From Trichosphaerium sp. ATCC 40318 (taxonomy: Eukaryota; Protista; Tubulinea): a DNA stretch of 64,000 bases. The stretch is from assembly GCA_038496445.1 (NCBI GenBank), contig JALMLS010000448.1:62001-126000 (forward strand), written 5' to 3'. This document shows positions 1 through 13,246 of the stretch, in pieces. The notes beneath the pieces are model-generated. The model saw nothing but the letters and a program-made list of their open reading frames with translations. It had not been told where the DNA came from and made no database searches. Position 1 is the first letter of the stretch. The number at the start of each line of letters is the position of its first letter. A program made the position numbers and the translations under genes.

Positions 1-3000
1 AATCTAACAAGCAATTGATGCAAGTAAGTTGTTCTCTCGTTAATTTATGTGAACTTAAATACATTAGGCTGTTATCACAGATGCTGGATTTGTTGCAGTG
101 CTTGGTGGAAGACAACAAGCAACTGACTACATCGAGCAAGGTAACTACTTTTTTTTCTTTTTTCTTATTTTTTAGCGGCCCGACGTCCCTAACGAATTGT
201 TTTAAGTGTGGATGGACGTCAACGTATACTATGAAAGAGAATTTGTACGTGTTATCTGCCTTCCTTCCGCAGAAGTTACAATTCTAGTTCTGCAATTCAC
301 AATATCAATTTTTTTTTTGTGTTTTTTTTTTTGTGTCTCCTACTAATATCCCGTTTAGAATGTTCACCTTACAATTGAATCCCTTCTAATTAATGAATCG
401 CCTGGCGGTCAAAATTGGAATACACTTGGAAACAATTGTCCTGATATCAACACAAAACTTGATCAAATCTCAGACTGGAAACGTGACAACAAACCTGATG
501 CCGGTCTTCTTCATCTCATGACTAACTGTTATCCATCTCCTGGTACTATTGGACTCGCTTGGGTTGGTACAATATGTAGAAACGTACGTAAACAAACCAA
601 AAACTACAACCACGAACACTAACTTGTTCCGTTTTTTTCCCCCCTTTTTTTCTAAATCGTCGTTCTAGAACATCGGTTCAGGTGTTTCAAATCATTTGGG
701 CAGCAGACACTCCGCTCATCGTGTTGTTGGTCACGAAACTGGTCACAACTTTAAATGCGACCACGATGACTCAAACGGAGGTAAGGAATTAACCACCCAT
801 AAAACCAAAACTGATGACTTCTTTTTCTAGGTATTATGTTCCCAAGTGTAAACGGCAGATCGTACGTTATTTTTTTGCATCTCTTTTAGCCTGCAGGCTG
901 TTCCTATTATTTTGATATTAAAGCTAACCTTTGTCTTTTAGTTCGACAGATTACGATCGTTTCTCCCAATTCAGTATTGGTCAAGCATGTGGTCACCTTG
1001 GTTCTATTAATTGTCTTCTTGATTACGACTCAGGATGTACTGTTTCTTGCGGAACAAAGAACTGTGGTCCTAGTAACTGCGTTGGAAGAGTATGTGGATT
1101 CTGTACCGGACTTAATGAATGTAAGAACGGTCAATGTGTTCCTTGTGATCAACAATGTGGAACCAAACAATGTGGTCCTGACGCTTGTGGTAACGCTGAA
1201 GGCTGTGGAAGTTGTGCTTCAGGAAGTCAATGTAGAAATGATAGATGTGAGGTTGTACCTCCATTCCCTCAAGATGTTCTTCAAGTCGTAAATGATGAAA
1301 GGTACTACAAACCTATCCACTTGTTGATTTTTTTTTGAAAAGTTACACTCTCTGTTCACTATGGTTTTCGCTTCTCGAACATCGACTTATTTCCTATTTT
1401 CTAGAGCTTTGTACGGTGTTGACCCTGTTGAATGGGATTCAGCTTTATTGAATGAAGTTAATTCTTACTTGGCTACTTGCAACAATAACTTGAAGAGTCC
1501 TTCAATCGGTGGTGATATAAATAGACGAGGCAACGCTCAACACAACATTGCTGATGTACTCCGTGATATTGCTAAGCAGAAATCTTTCTGGACTTGTGAA
1601 ACTGATGTAATTGACCAATCCGAAGGTAATGCCAACTACTGGGTATGGCAATACAAGTACGTACAATTGACAAAAAAAAAGCTTCGGCAAGACACTTTTT
1701 TTCTAACCTTTTGTTGCCAGAATCATGGTGTCTGACAGACAAACCAAGATGGCTTGTGCTCAACGTAACTGTGGTGGAAACCATATTATGTATTGTGCTT
1801 TCTCAAGATTCCAAGGTTACAACAGCAGACCATTCCCTGAAGCCCAATGTAGTAAGTACTGAAAAAAAATCCCGAACCGCAAAACTTGCCTGTCATTGAT
1901 CGCCTTGCTAAACCTTGAATAGACTTCGAGTGCACAAATACTCGTAATCCAAACATATGTCAAGAACAACAAAAGAACTGCGGTACAGCTTTCGATGGAT
2001 GTGAAGATATTTCTTGCGGATCATGCAGTGGACCAAACACTTGTTCAGCAGAAGGTAAGTGATTCGTTGATTGTTTTTAAGTACTGACTTGAGAAAAAGG
2101 TCGCTGTGAGTGTGTTCCATCCAATACCTGTTCTGGAGCTTGCGGTACACTTGGTGATGGATGTGGAACAAATCTCAACTGTGGAGGTTGCTCAGCAGGC
2201 CAAGAATGTCAAAACAATCTCTGCGTTACACCGTACGCTTTTTGTCAAACTTTTGATTACGCTTGATGTTAACTCATTTTTAGACCACCTGATCCACTCA
2301 CACCTGCTGAGTGTGATGCTCTTTGTACACAAAGAAACATTGCCTGTGGTGGAGTTAATGAATGTCCTGGACATGTTTGCGGTGCTTGTAAGAGTGGTGA
2401 AATGTGCTCAAACTTCCAATGTGTCACATGCCAAGGATGTCATGCTCAAGCAACTTGCGATGTTTCTGGTTCTAGTCCTCAATGTAAATGTATTGCTGGA
2501 TACGAAGGAGATGGACGTAATTGCCAACCAAAGCCTATCAATGATAGACCAACACTCAAAGCCTTCAAACAAGGAACAGATGCAGCCTGGAGGTAAACTA
2601 AAGCGAAATCTCTTTTTGTTTTCGAAACACTCTTATTCAAAAAGTTATTCTTACTCTTTTCTAGGATATTCCAAGAAGGACCTCCTCTCAAGAACTCTAT
2701 CGATTTAGTAGGAGCATCAAGCCCACATTGTGTCCGTTGGGAAGGGTATGTGTTCATCCTGTTTTGTTTGTTAAAAAGAGCTTAGTTTGCATTGTGTGCC
2801 GACGTTTGTTGACTTTCTTTTGTAGTACTGAAGAAATACTACCTGGAAGTACTATGACCATTGCCGTCTCTGTTCTAAGAAGTGACGCAACTACTTTCGC
2901 TGCTATTGGTTATGGGTAAGCCTCACAGTTGAACACAACTTTGCAGTTGTTTTTTTTTTTTCGGTATGTTGACTTTGTATCACAGTATGGGTAACCAACA

Positions 3001-4229
3001 ATATCCTGACGCTATTTTGATGTTGTACCTTGAACCTCAAAGTAACACTCAAATGAGATACGGATATACCTACATATGGGGATCAAGCCGTGTACGTTGG
3101 AAAATACACGAGGGTTTTTTTCAAAGTGCTTACTTTTTTGCGTTAGGGAAGCTTGAACTACAGAACTGTCAATTGGGCAGTAGGTGAATGGAAAGACATC
3201 AAAATGACCATAGAAGCTGATGGTGGTGTTACAAGAACACAAGCTAGCTTCCCAGATGTCCCTGGGGTACGAATTTTTAAACGAGAAAAAAAAGAGAAAG
3301 TCCACCAACTTGAGCGACCGCTAACATTGTTTTATTAGTCTGGTTACAACTACGGTTGGACAGTTAACCCTGCAGGCGGTGGTGTTGGTTTGTGCGGTCA
3401 AGGTTCAGCGTTCTTTAAGGACCTCGTACTCCTCACTGAATCAAAACTTGAGTTTGTTATTTCCGGTTGTCCATCAGAAGAGTTTGTAAGACAACGACTC
3501 AAGTCAATGCTTGGTATCACAGATGCTCAACTACAAGGCATGACCTTGGTTGGTTCTGGATGTACTTCAAAGAGACAAGCCGCTGCAGGCGCAACAACAA
3601 CTGTTACAGTAACTGTTGTTGGTACTAAGAGCGTTTCTTCATTGTCAATTGTTTCGAACTTGCAAAACATTGTAACTTCTGGATCAAACATTGCTACTGC
3701 TAGTGGTATTGTTCCTTCATCAGGTATGTTGCGCGATATCTTTGTTTGTAGATAAGTGTTTGCTGATTCATCTCCTAGTTGCTGTATCTTCTGTACCTGT
3801 TGCTGCTGTAGTTCCAGCCGTAGCTGTTTCGGCAGCTGGTGCTGGCGCAGGCGCAGGCGCTGGTGCTGGTCTTGGTGCTGGTGCTATTGCTGGTATTGCT
3901 GTAGGATCTGTTGTAGGTCTCGCTGTAGTAGCTGCAGCCATTGGCGGAGTTGTTTACGCAACAAAGAAAGAAGACGTTCATGTACGAAAGAAGAAAAAAC
4001 TTTGCATTTTTCTCTTTTTTTTTTTCTCTATCTAAGTTCGTTTTTCTTACTGGTTTCTTAGACTTCTGAGACACCTTCGAATACTTCTCCTGGTGTAACA
4101 ATGGCCAGTGACACAAAAACAGAAGACGCTAGCGTCAGAGATGGTGTTAACGTCATGGGAGGACCAAAAAGACCAGATGGACCTTCTATTACTGCAAGAA
4201 ATCAAAATGTGGTTGTAAGTCCAAATTAA
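1..4229 (+). CDS. Reprolysin/M12B-type zinc metalloprotease, type I membrane protein with Cys-rich repeats, CAP/SCP-like domain, EGF-like domain and C-terminal TM helix (5' end outside window, multi-exon)
   Basis: Spliced translation gives GLAWVGTIC, the zinc motif HETGHNFKCDHD (732-767) and Met-turn GIMFP. These are followed by Cys-rich repeats, CAP-like VLQVVNDERALYGVDPVEWD...TKMACAQRNC...MYCAF, EGF CHAQATC...CKCIAGYEGDGRNC and TM AIAGIAVGSVVGLAVVAAAIGGVVYA. Stop is TAA at 4227-4229. Confidence 0.85.
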
Positions 4230-4289
4230 GAGCATAAACAGTGAATTAGACAGACTTCTGGATTAGCCAGGCTATCACCCCCACAATAT

Positions 4290-4557
4290 CACAATAAAGC
4301 ATTATTATCATTACTCTTTTATGTTGTTTCTAGTAGCTGGAATTGCTCAAGCACGTGCATCAGACCAATGTTTTTGGTTTTTGTTCGATGGCCAAGTTCA
4401 TACAGGTGGAATCTCCAACTGTACCGTTCCAGCCGTTAACGAACACATATAGCGAGGCGTCTACCTGGTAACAGAACTTATAAGAATCAACTCAGAAGCG
4501 TTTCATGCTTACGTTCAAACTACGGCCACAGCATTTCTACACGGCTATGATGGCTAG
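4290..4557 (+). pseudogene. Possible relic of a secreted-protein gene (signal-peptide-like start, frameshift, internal TAG)
   Basis: Reads KALLSLLF/MLFLVAGIAQARASDQCFWFLFDGQVHTGG... with a one-base shift near 4317-4320 and an in-frame TAG at 4450-4452. The reading frame continues to 4557. Confidence 0.3.
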
Positions 4558-4561
4558 CTAG

Positions 4562-4602
4562 CTACTCGTGGAAACATGTATAACTACTCGTGGAAACATG
4601 TA
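4562..4602. repeat. Short tandem duplication (CTACTCGTGGAAACATGTA x2)
   Basis: Two exact 19-nt copies with 22-nt period are visible at 4562 and 4584. Confidence 0.8.
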
Positions 4603-4806
4603 TTATTTACCGTAATAAAGTTGAATAGTTGTTTATGGAACACCATTTTTTGATGGACAGCAGTCATGGTCAAACCCGTGCCCAGCTAACACAAATAGTA
4701 CGTTACAAATTATCTGAGTGGGTAAAGCATCAAAATTAAAGGACATCAAAGGGCACATAATACCGATGTAAATTTATTTAAAGTATTTGGTAAAAACAAA
4801 GTCAAC

Positions 4807-7800
4807 TTATTCGTTTTCCTCATGAAACCATTCCTTCTCCTTAAAAAAAAACTGTTAGACAATACGTATTTTAAATTAGAAGTAAAGATATCATACTTGT
4901 GTTGGTGGAGGTGGAAGAGGAGCTCTTTTAACAGGAGGACGTGGAATATAATTTGTATCTTCATAAGAATCTTCAGAGGAGCTGTCTGTGTTCAAAGGTC
5001 GTGTTTGTTCTTCAGATTTTTTGTCTCTGTATTTATGTGCTATGTAACAATACGCCTTATACAATATATAATTCGATAGACCTATCAATAAAATGCCTGC
5101 AAGGAGTGTACCGGCAATAACAACCCAATGAATGGTGCATTCCCTAAAAAATTCTTAGAAAACTTTTTAATAAAATGAGCTGTTTGTTACCCTCCAAGCC
5201 ATTCCCATTCACATTTACATTTTCCGTTCGCATAAATACCATCATTACAAGTTCCTTCAAAACATTGTGGGCAAGGTTCACATCTACGTCCAAAATGCTC
5301 TTCACTACAGTAAAAGTTAAACTTTTGAAAGTTTCTAAAAATAGGAAATAGTAACGTACATGCATTCACCGCATCCAGCAGTCAGGTTCGAGTATGTAGG
5401 AGCACAGTAACACCACGGAGGATAAGTATCATTAAGACACATACCATTTCCATTACAATCTTGTTCGGGCCAAGGCTCATAACGTTCACAATAACCTACA
5501 ATAAACGAGTGTTACAAGAAAGAATGTTGTTTTACTTTCGTTAGGCTTTCTTGATTTGTTTCTTGTACGTACTAAAGTAGACAATCCCAGATGCGTTCAT
5601 ATTCGTTTTCCAAGTTTCCATGTCATTAGATATATAAACGTTAACTATACCAGGTCTATGAGGAGGTATATGACATTCCATCCTTGTATCAGATAGATAA
5701 ACACCCTTGACAGTGATATTATCAAATTTACATCCAGCAGCACCTTTGTGATAGACAGATAAGTTGGCAACAAAGACGCGGTGTTATGCCCACCAAGCTC
5801 TATTTGTTATGTACCTGTTGGTGCGAAGTTTATGCCATCAATAGTCAACCGTTCATTGAGGCTTCCTTGTTCTCGATAGCTTGTATTCGATATTGTGTCC
5901 AGCGTTGGGTCTGTATAGTAAAGAAACCTGAGTGGTCTTATTGGTGGAGAGTAATCCTTTGGAGGTCTTATAACATACAGATCATCACCAAACTCATCAG
6001 TAACCTAACAACTAGGTTATTCCAACAAAGAATCAGAAAATAATCAGAATAGAATGGATATTTGCACGTGAAGAATGTTGTGTACCGAAATATTAAAGGT
6101 GACGTAGCCCTTGAATTGTGGTTAGTTGGTAGGTTAACATTATTAATGTTTTCGTACTGTATCTATGGTAGGTATTGACTGACATACAATATATGTGCCA
6201 TCTGTTGAAGTAGAAACGACATCTGATGTGTTGTTTCCAAAATGGCAGTTTACGTTTCCTTCAAAAGTAGGCAAATTATATCCGGTTATGTTCACAGTTG
6301 TATCTGAATCTATTCGACCATACGTTGGTGATAACGAAGTGGCATAACCATATCCTATAATGAGCATAAGTATACAAAGTTCAAATGGCAAACATTGCGT
6401 ACTACAAGCTGCGGAGTAATACTTGGCTGCATCACCAGGAAGTGGACACAAGAAGTTATTGTTATTCAGAATAGGCAACTGCCCTGAACCAAATCTGTCA
6501 GGTCGTTCAACACTGAAGAATTCAGGTACAAGTCCAGTAAATTGGTTATAGCCCAAACTCCTTAACAGCGATGAGAATAAAGGTGAAAGTAACAACAGTA
6601 CGTACAAGTGTTTTAATTTTTGATTATTTTTTATCCTTGGAGATATCGTTCCTGTGAACTTGTTCTTATCTAGAAATCTTCGGTATATATCAGTCAAATG
6701 ATACTATATATTATATATTACGTACAAAGTAGCAAGATTCAAGTTCCACAGAGACTCTGGAATAGATCCGGTGAATGTATTTTGTTCGAGTTTTCTGAAA
6801 GACAACAGTAAGTACAGAAAATCACGTGCACTCGGCTTAATTTCGTACAGTTCCTGTAGGTGAGATAGCTTTACACCAATATCTTCTGGTAGTTCTCCTT
6901 TGAGTCTATTAAAAGAGAGATAGAGGTAATTAAGTTGACTCAAATTCCATGTGCTGTTTGGAATATTCCCAATAAGTCCACCAAGAGGAGATGCGTTTGG
7001 TGGCTTGTTTTCGAGACCCCTAAAAGCAAAATTAACAAATTATGTCACGTGCTACAATATATAGCATACAGCAATGTCAGTTTTGTTAAGTTTCCAACGC
7101 TCTCAGAAATAGTGCCAGTAAAATCGTTTAATCCCAAATGAAGAGTTTCTAGATCTGTTAGTTCATAAATAGATTCTGGTATTGGTCCACTCATTCTAGT
7201 CTCCATAATAACTCTACGAGAAATTCTCAAGTAAGCATGTGAAAGTTACAAATGAGAAAATAGAGGGAAGGTAAAATTTATGGAAAAAGGGGCGAACTCA
7301 AACGTTGTTCAATGAAAAAACTGCTCTCGTACAAATCTGTAAGGTCTTTCAAGTTCGAAATTGATGATGACAAGTTCCCTGTGAATTGGTTTGGTCCAAG
7401 GAATACTTGTTTAAGATACGTCAAATTCCATAATTCGTCTGGTATCCGACCAGTCATTCTGTTGCCATCCAAATGCCTTTGCAAGTAAGTAATACAGAAC
7501 TTTGAAAAAATAGCTTACAAAACAATCAATTTTGCCAGTTGACCTATCTTAGAACTGATACCGCCTGTCAAACCATTTATTGGGTATCCATCTTTATAGT
7601 GCATATTGTGATCAAGATGTCTAAGATGTATCAATGATATGTAAATTTACACGTATCGCACAGTTCCGTCAAGTCAACCAGATCATATAGTTCGCTATAA
7701 ACAAAGTTTAACTCTTTGCAAGGTGTTATATCTAGCTTACTCTGGTATAGATCCAACGAGATTGTTTCCGCCGAGATCCCTTCGCTAACTTTTAGACGTA

Positions 7801-8545
7801 ATAATAAACAAGCGTTGGTAGTGTACAGAAATCCAAGTTGTTTTAAGTTTTTGATATCTGCAGATATTTCTCCTGAGAGTTGGTTGCCACCAGCGATACT
7901 ATGCAGTTTTAACATAAGATGTAACATTCGAAACAATCAACATACATTTGTTTCATGCTAGTAAGAGTATACAAAGAATCAGGGATGTTCCCAGATAGTT
8001 TATTATTTTGAAGAAACCTATTTTAAAAAAATTAAATTAGCACACTGACACCACGACATTAGATTGATTGACGTACAAGTACGACAGTTTAGGTAACGCT
8101 GTAAAGTCAAACTTAGATAGATCTCCAAATAAATTACAATTTGGCATGTTTCTACGGCCGTTAACCAAAGTAATAATAAAAAGTGTTTAAAGCAAGTTTG
8201 GTGCTTACATTTCGAATATCCATCGCTTTTTATCGTCGTGCTGACAATTAATACCTTGCCATCTACCTGTATCTGTATTCTGTCCACAACAAGGATCTCC
8301 TTCCCATCCAGGCGCGCATGAGGATACAGCAGTATAGTATTTCGTATGAAACCTTGAAAGAGCGGTAGCTTTTTTATTAACTTAGCGTTCGCATAATTTT
8401 ACGTCGGTTCTTAACACGTGCCTTGTTTTACTTCTGTAAACATACCATTACAAGGTATTGGCGATTCATTCACTTCAGACGTAGTGGATACACATACAAA
8501 TGCCACAAAGGTTACGACAAGCGCTAATTGAATGCTCCAAGGCAT
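4807..8545 (-). CDS. Receptor-like protein: signal peptide, LRRNT cap, plant-type LRRs, IPT/TIG-like domains, EGF-like repeats, TM helix, short Pro-rich cytoplasmic tail (no kinase)
   Basis: Signal MPWSIQLALVVTFVAFVCVS and N-cap WEGDPCC...WQGINC. Repeats match xLxxNxLxGxIPxxL (e.g. FLQNNKLSGNIPDSLYTLTSM, HLGLNDFTGTISESVGNLTKL). IPT-like LSPTYGRIDSDTTVNITGYNL, EGF-like CNDGIYANGKCKCEWEWLG, and tail PRPPVKRAPLPPPPTQ. Confidence 0.85.
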
Positions 8546-9024
8546 GTTGTACAAGTAAAAAGCGTTTTCTTCAGTGCAGTCAAAGTCAGTAGTGTAGACT
8601 ATTTGAACGCCTCTATTGCGTAGTGATGTTAGTTTATATGGATACAACAGTTTAAAAACAAAAAAGGGTGTTTTATCGCTGACAAGCTAAATTCAAAGTA
8701 TTGATAAGACACTGCACTTGTACAACAAGTGCTCCGTCCACTGAGCAATTCACAATGCGTTTCTAACAATAAAAGCCAAAACAAATATGACCACAAGTCT
8801 GTGGTATTGGCTGTGCGTGGTGTGTTCACCCAAGCGCTCTGTCAAACAAAATCGGGCTTGCTACTGCAAGTTCAGTGCACTTTTATTTTCTACGGCTAAA
8901 ACGCCAAACAAACTACAAGTAAAACCTCTTGTCACGTGTATACTTACCAGTTTAAGAAATACGAACACGTGAAAAAAAGGACTAAAAAAAGTCAAACTGG
9001 TTTTTTTTGTTATTTCGCACGTAA
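8546..9024. promoter_or_regulatory. Divergent promoter region between the LRR receptor and Ras-ankyrin genes
   Basis: Head-to-head ATGs about 480 bp apart, with two CACGTG boxes (~8933, ~8967). Confidence 0.5.
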
Positions 9025-12000
9025 ATGGAGCGTGAGGTAATCAAGATTGCTATATTAGGTACTATAATATAGTGTTATTATAATGTTATTAAATAATACA
9101 AAGGCTGTGGCGCAATTGGAGCAAAAACAGCCCTAATAGAACGGTTCATCTCGGACTCATTCAAAAAACATTATAACCCAACCATAGGTAAATATGAAGC
9201 CAAAAAATATGGATGACACCGTTGTCGTAACCTCTTTTTTCTTTTATTTTAATTCATTTCTATTATTTTGATAATTGGAATCTTATTGTGGTGTTTATAG
9301 AGGATATTTATAGAAAGAATTGGAAGGTAGATGGTAAAGACGTGATTTTAACGATCGTAAGTAGTTAATTATAATATTACATTATGCTAAAAGCCAAGTG
9401 AGATTGATACAGCAGGACAGGATGAATATGATAGTGCGCAGTTTTTACTTTTCACTTTTTTTTTTTTTTTCACGAAATAAAAACCGCAATATAAGTGTTG
9501 TAGTTGTACACATCTTTGTTTTTGTTGTTGATTAATTGTTTAGATATGCGTAGTAAGGTACATTCTTTTACTCAATCTTTTTTCGGATAGTACAACTCGC
9601 GAGAAACACGAGAATTACAGTTTTTTTTGAATAACAATCCAAAAAAGTTGCTTTACATACTTTGAAAATAGTATTACGAAGGCGCTGACGCGATCATTAT
9701 TGGATACTCCATCGCTGATAGAAGTTCTTTTGATATGGTCGAATTTATGTTTTTGGAGGGTATAAAGCGTACAAAGCGAAATATGGCTCTGGTATGTTAA
9801 CGTGACTTTGATACTCGCTTTTCGTGGTTTTTTTTTTGTTTTGCTTGTAGCATCCCTTGTTTATTTTGTTGATTTAGCTACCTATTGCTATTTTAGCAGC
9901 CAAAAGTGATTTAGAAAAAGAACGACAAATCCCTAGTAAAGAAGGACAAGGTAAAAAAAAATCACGTGATTTTCTTTAAAAAAACGTGTAGCAAGAAATT
10001 ATAGTTTATGTCGGGTTTTTTGCAATTTACGTAGCGACTTGCGCTTTTTATTACAATTTTACTTTATTTGGTGATTATGTATTTTCGTGTTGCCATTTTC
10101 AGCTTACTAGTGGCGTTTAGATCTTGCTGAAAAGTATAAAGCTTTTTTTTTTGAAATTTCAGCAAAGGAGAACGTTAATTGTAGTATTGTATTTTCTACG
10201 CTTGTCAGAAGATGGAGAGAGTTAAAGCCACATATAGCAGCAAGTTTATCTGTTAAAAAGAAGAGTTGGCTAGGTAAAAGGTCTAAGAAGTCGTTGAAAA
10301 AAGGAAGTAAACATGCAAAAAGTATGAACGATTTGAAAGATATTATTCCATCAAATGATAGCAAGAAGAAAGGCTGCGAATGTATAAATAAGTGCAGTAC
10401 TTTACATATTGCTGTCGATAGAAATCATAGCGAATGCTTGGATGTACGCAATGATGTACCAATTCAATAAGGCTGACGATTGTTTAAGAACTTGCTGAAA
10501 GGACCCGATTATTTTTTTCTCAACGATGGGAACAGTTATTTCGGAGGCTTGACTCCTCTTCATAAGGCTGCTATTCAAGGTAATGATTTTCGTTGTACAA
10601 AAAGGTTTTTAACGTTAGTATAAGGACACCATAACTGTTTGGGTTTGCTTCTAATGCAAGGAGCTAAAGTTAGTATAAAAGACAAACATGGTAAAACACC
10701 TATAGAACGTGCACGTAGCAACGACCAAAAATCAGCAGTAACTTTATTGGAAAGTTATTTAGACGATAAGAAAAAAGAGGCACGTGCACACGGAAAATAT
10801 GTCTAATTTTTCTCGTAATTAATGGTAGTTGGCTTCAAAGAGATCAAATTCAGTTAAAGGAAAGGATATTAAAGTTATAATCACTCGTGGTGCTAATGCT
10901 TTGGAAAATACTTCTATGGGAGATACTCCTCCAGCTCCTTCTATACGTGGATCAATTCGAGTATCGCCAAAGAGAAAGAGAGCAATTAAAGCAAAATCTT
11001 CATCTGCTATTAAATCAGTTAAATCATCTAAAAGTGGTAAAAGAAGAAAAAGAAAACATACAAAGAGAAGATCTAGGGACTCTGTTGAAGATAAAACTTC
11101 TTCAGATGCTAGCGATAACCATGTACGTTTTTACCAAATGAAGAACAAAAACTGTATTGTTACGATTTTGACACGTGTGGAATTTTTTCGCTGATCTATT
11201 TTTAAACAGCCAGATGAATTTTTGGATACTGTGGATTTCGAAGCAAAATCAATTGAAGGCTCTGGATCAAGTGATGCAATGGATGCGGATCAAGTAAAGT
11301 CTCTTAGGCCGAGCTTACTTAAAAGCGTCAGAGCTACTACTATATTCAGCCTTAAACCAGAAAAGATGCAAATGCCTGGTCGCGTTTCTATTTCTGACTT
11401 AAATTTGGAACAAGTTAAGCCAAGATTTGGAGAAAGTTCTAAATCTCTTGAAGAGAGAAGAAGTCCTGTCATAAAACGAAAAGTGGATCATCTAAAATCA
11501 CCTTTTTTCAATAGTAGTGATGCACGCTTAAGATCACGTGCGTCATTTTTAGTGAAATCCTACACGGCAAACTTTAATTCACGTGTTTTTTATCGATGTT
11601 AATGCTGTGTTAAGCGTCAACATACAGCCATGAGTCTGATCCTTTTGATGATGATAATAATACAGCTACAGAAAGTGGACAGGCTAGTTCGAGTATAGTA
11701 GAAAGTGCAAGCACTGGAGCAGTAGATGATTCAACTGGAGAAGATGCTATTGATAAATTATCAACTTATCTCACACAGGTATTAGAAGAAGCAGAATCAG
11801 GTCTTGTACGTTAAAACGTATAAAACCTGCCCTAATTTAGAAAACAAACAAAACAAAAATAGTACAGGCTTCCTAGCACCCAAGAAAGAGCAGAAACTAT
11901 AAGCAGAAAAAAATTTAATGTTGTTTTTGTTAGGATCGTGTTAAACAAAATGCAAAAAAGAAGATTGAAGCGAAATCATCAAGCAATACTGATGCCGGAG

Positions 12001-13246
12001 GTGCTTCAGCTGGTACAGCGGCTTTACTTGCATCAGGTTTATCACCTCCTCCAGCACCTTTAAGATCTCCTTCTCCTTCTGTTTCTGAATCAGAGGAGGA
12101 CTCTCTTAGTCCTTCACAAACTTCTACACCTTGTATGAGTACAGATGAAAGTAGTTCAGAGGACATGACAGAAAGCGAAGTACAGCCGACACTTTAAATA
12201 ACCTTTTCTTTTTCATATAAACACCTGTTGATAATGTTTTAGTCAAGTAGCAGTAGTTTCGAGATGGCTAAGCACAGACCAAGTTTTGCTGTTCCAATGA
12301 GGACAGTCAGTCAACCAATGCAAGTATCTTTTGATGACCTTTTAATGGCAGGCGAAGGTATGCAGAGGCTCTTATTCAAAGGCTACTACAGCGTTTTATT
12401 TTTAAACATTACATAGCCGATACAGCAGATAGGTTGTACTCACTTGTTGACTTTAGATCGAAGTGCTAAATCCGCACCAAAAGCGAAAACATCTCCGCTA
12501 TCACCTACATCTATCAACGAACCACCCCAAGAGAGTAAATCTCAAAGATCAATGTCAAAACCTACAGGCCCCTCAACAACTCATTTAGCACCTCCTCTCC
12601 CAGCTAAAAGACCAGTTTCGATGCCTGTACCTAAAGATGGGGATTCAAACTCTAATTCAGGGTCAGCTGGTTCTTCGCCAAGAGCACAGAGAAAAGGTAA
12701 GAAAAAGAAAGACATTGCGATATCAATCTGAGTAACAAACGACTTTAGGTTCATATAAAACTGGTACAAAGAAAAGTAGAGCTGGAAAACAGATTCAAAA
12801 TTTGCAAGTTGGTATTGATGGTGCTCATTTACTAAGACAAGATAGTTTATCTACTGTTGTAAAGTCAGGTAAGAAGTTTAGGTTTAGTTTTATTCAAAAA
12901 AAAATTATTTAACGAAACACGTGTGATTAGCGAACAACACGTGAAATTTCGCCTTCGAAGTTTTAGTTAAAAAATCTAATGTGCATTTGCTTCTTTAAAT
13001 CATATATGAACAAACATCACGTGTTGTCTACATTTCACACCAAAGACACTTTTTTTCTTTGGTTCTTTTTTTTTTTTGAATGCGCTGACTTTATGGTTTT
13101 TTGTAGCATCTATTGCTAAGAGGTATAAACAAAAAGGTAAAAAATCAAGAGTTAGTATAACAAAGAAAACAAAGGTAGAGAATAATAAGAAATCTACTGC
13201 TTTACCAAAACGTCAAATATCGTCTGTAGTTCCACTGAGAAATTAA
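9025..13246 (+). CDS. Atypical Ras-like GTPase domain fused to ankyrin repeats and a long Ser/Pro/Lys-rich low-complexity tail
   Basis: Spliced exons read MEREVIKIAILGCGAIGAKTALIERF...YNPTIEDIYRK...IDTAGQDEY...AAKSDLEKER...FEISAK. Ankyrin motifs follow (STLHIAVDRNHSECL, GLTPLHKAAIQGHHNCLGLLL, GKTPIERA), then the ORF pieces at 10829-12731. Stop is TAA at 13244-13246. Confidence 0.8.

Noticed and set aside
8370-8421. GC donor (CAAG|GCACGT) in the first intron of the LRR gene
   Set aside because: A same-phase canonical GTATGT donor 24 nt upstream gives an equally good product (PCNATAL), so it is not counted.
8940-8952. ATACTTACC, resembling the U1 snRNA 5' end
   Set aside because: No downstream U1 stem-loops or Sm site are recognisable.
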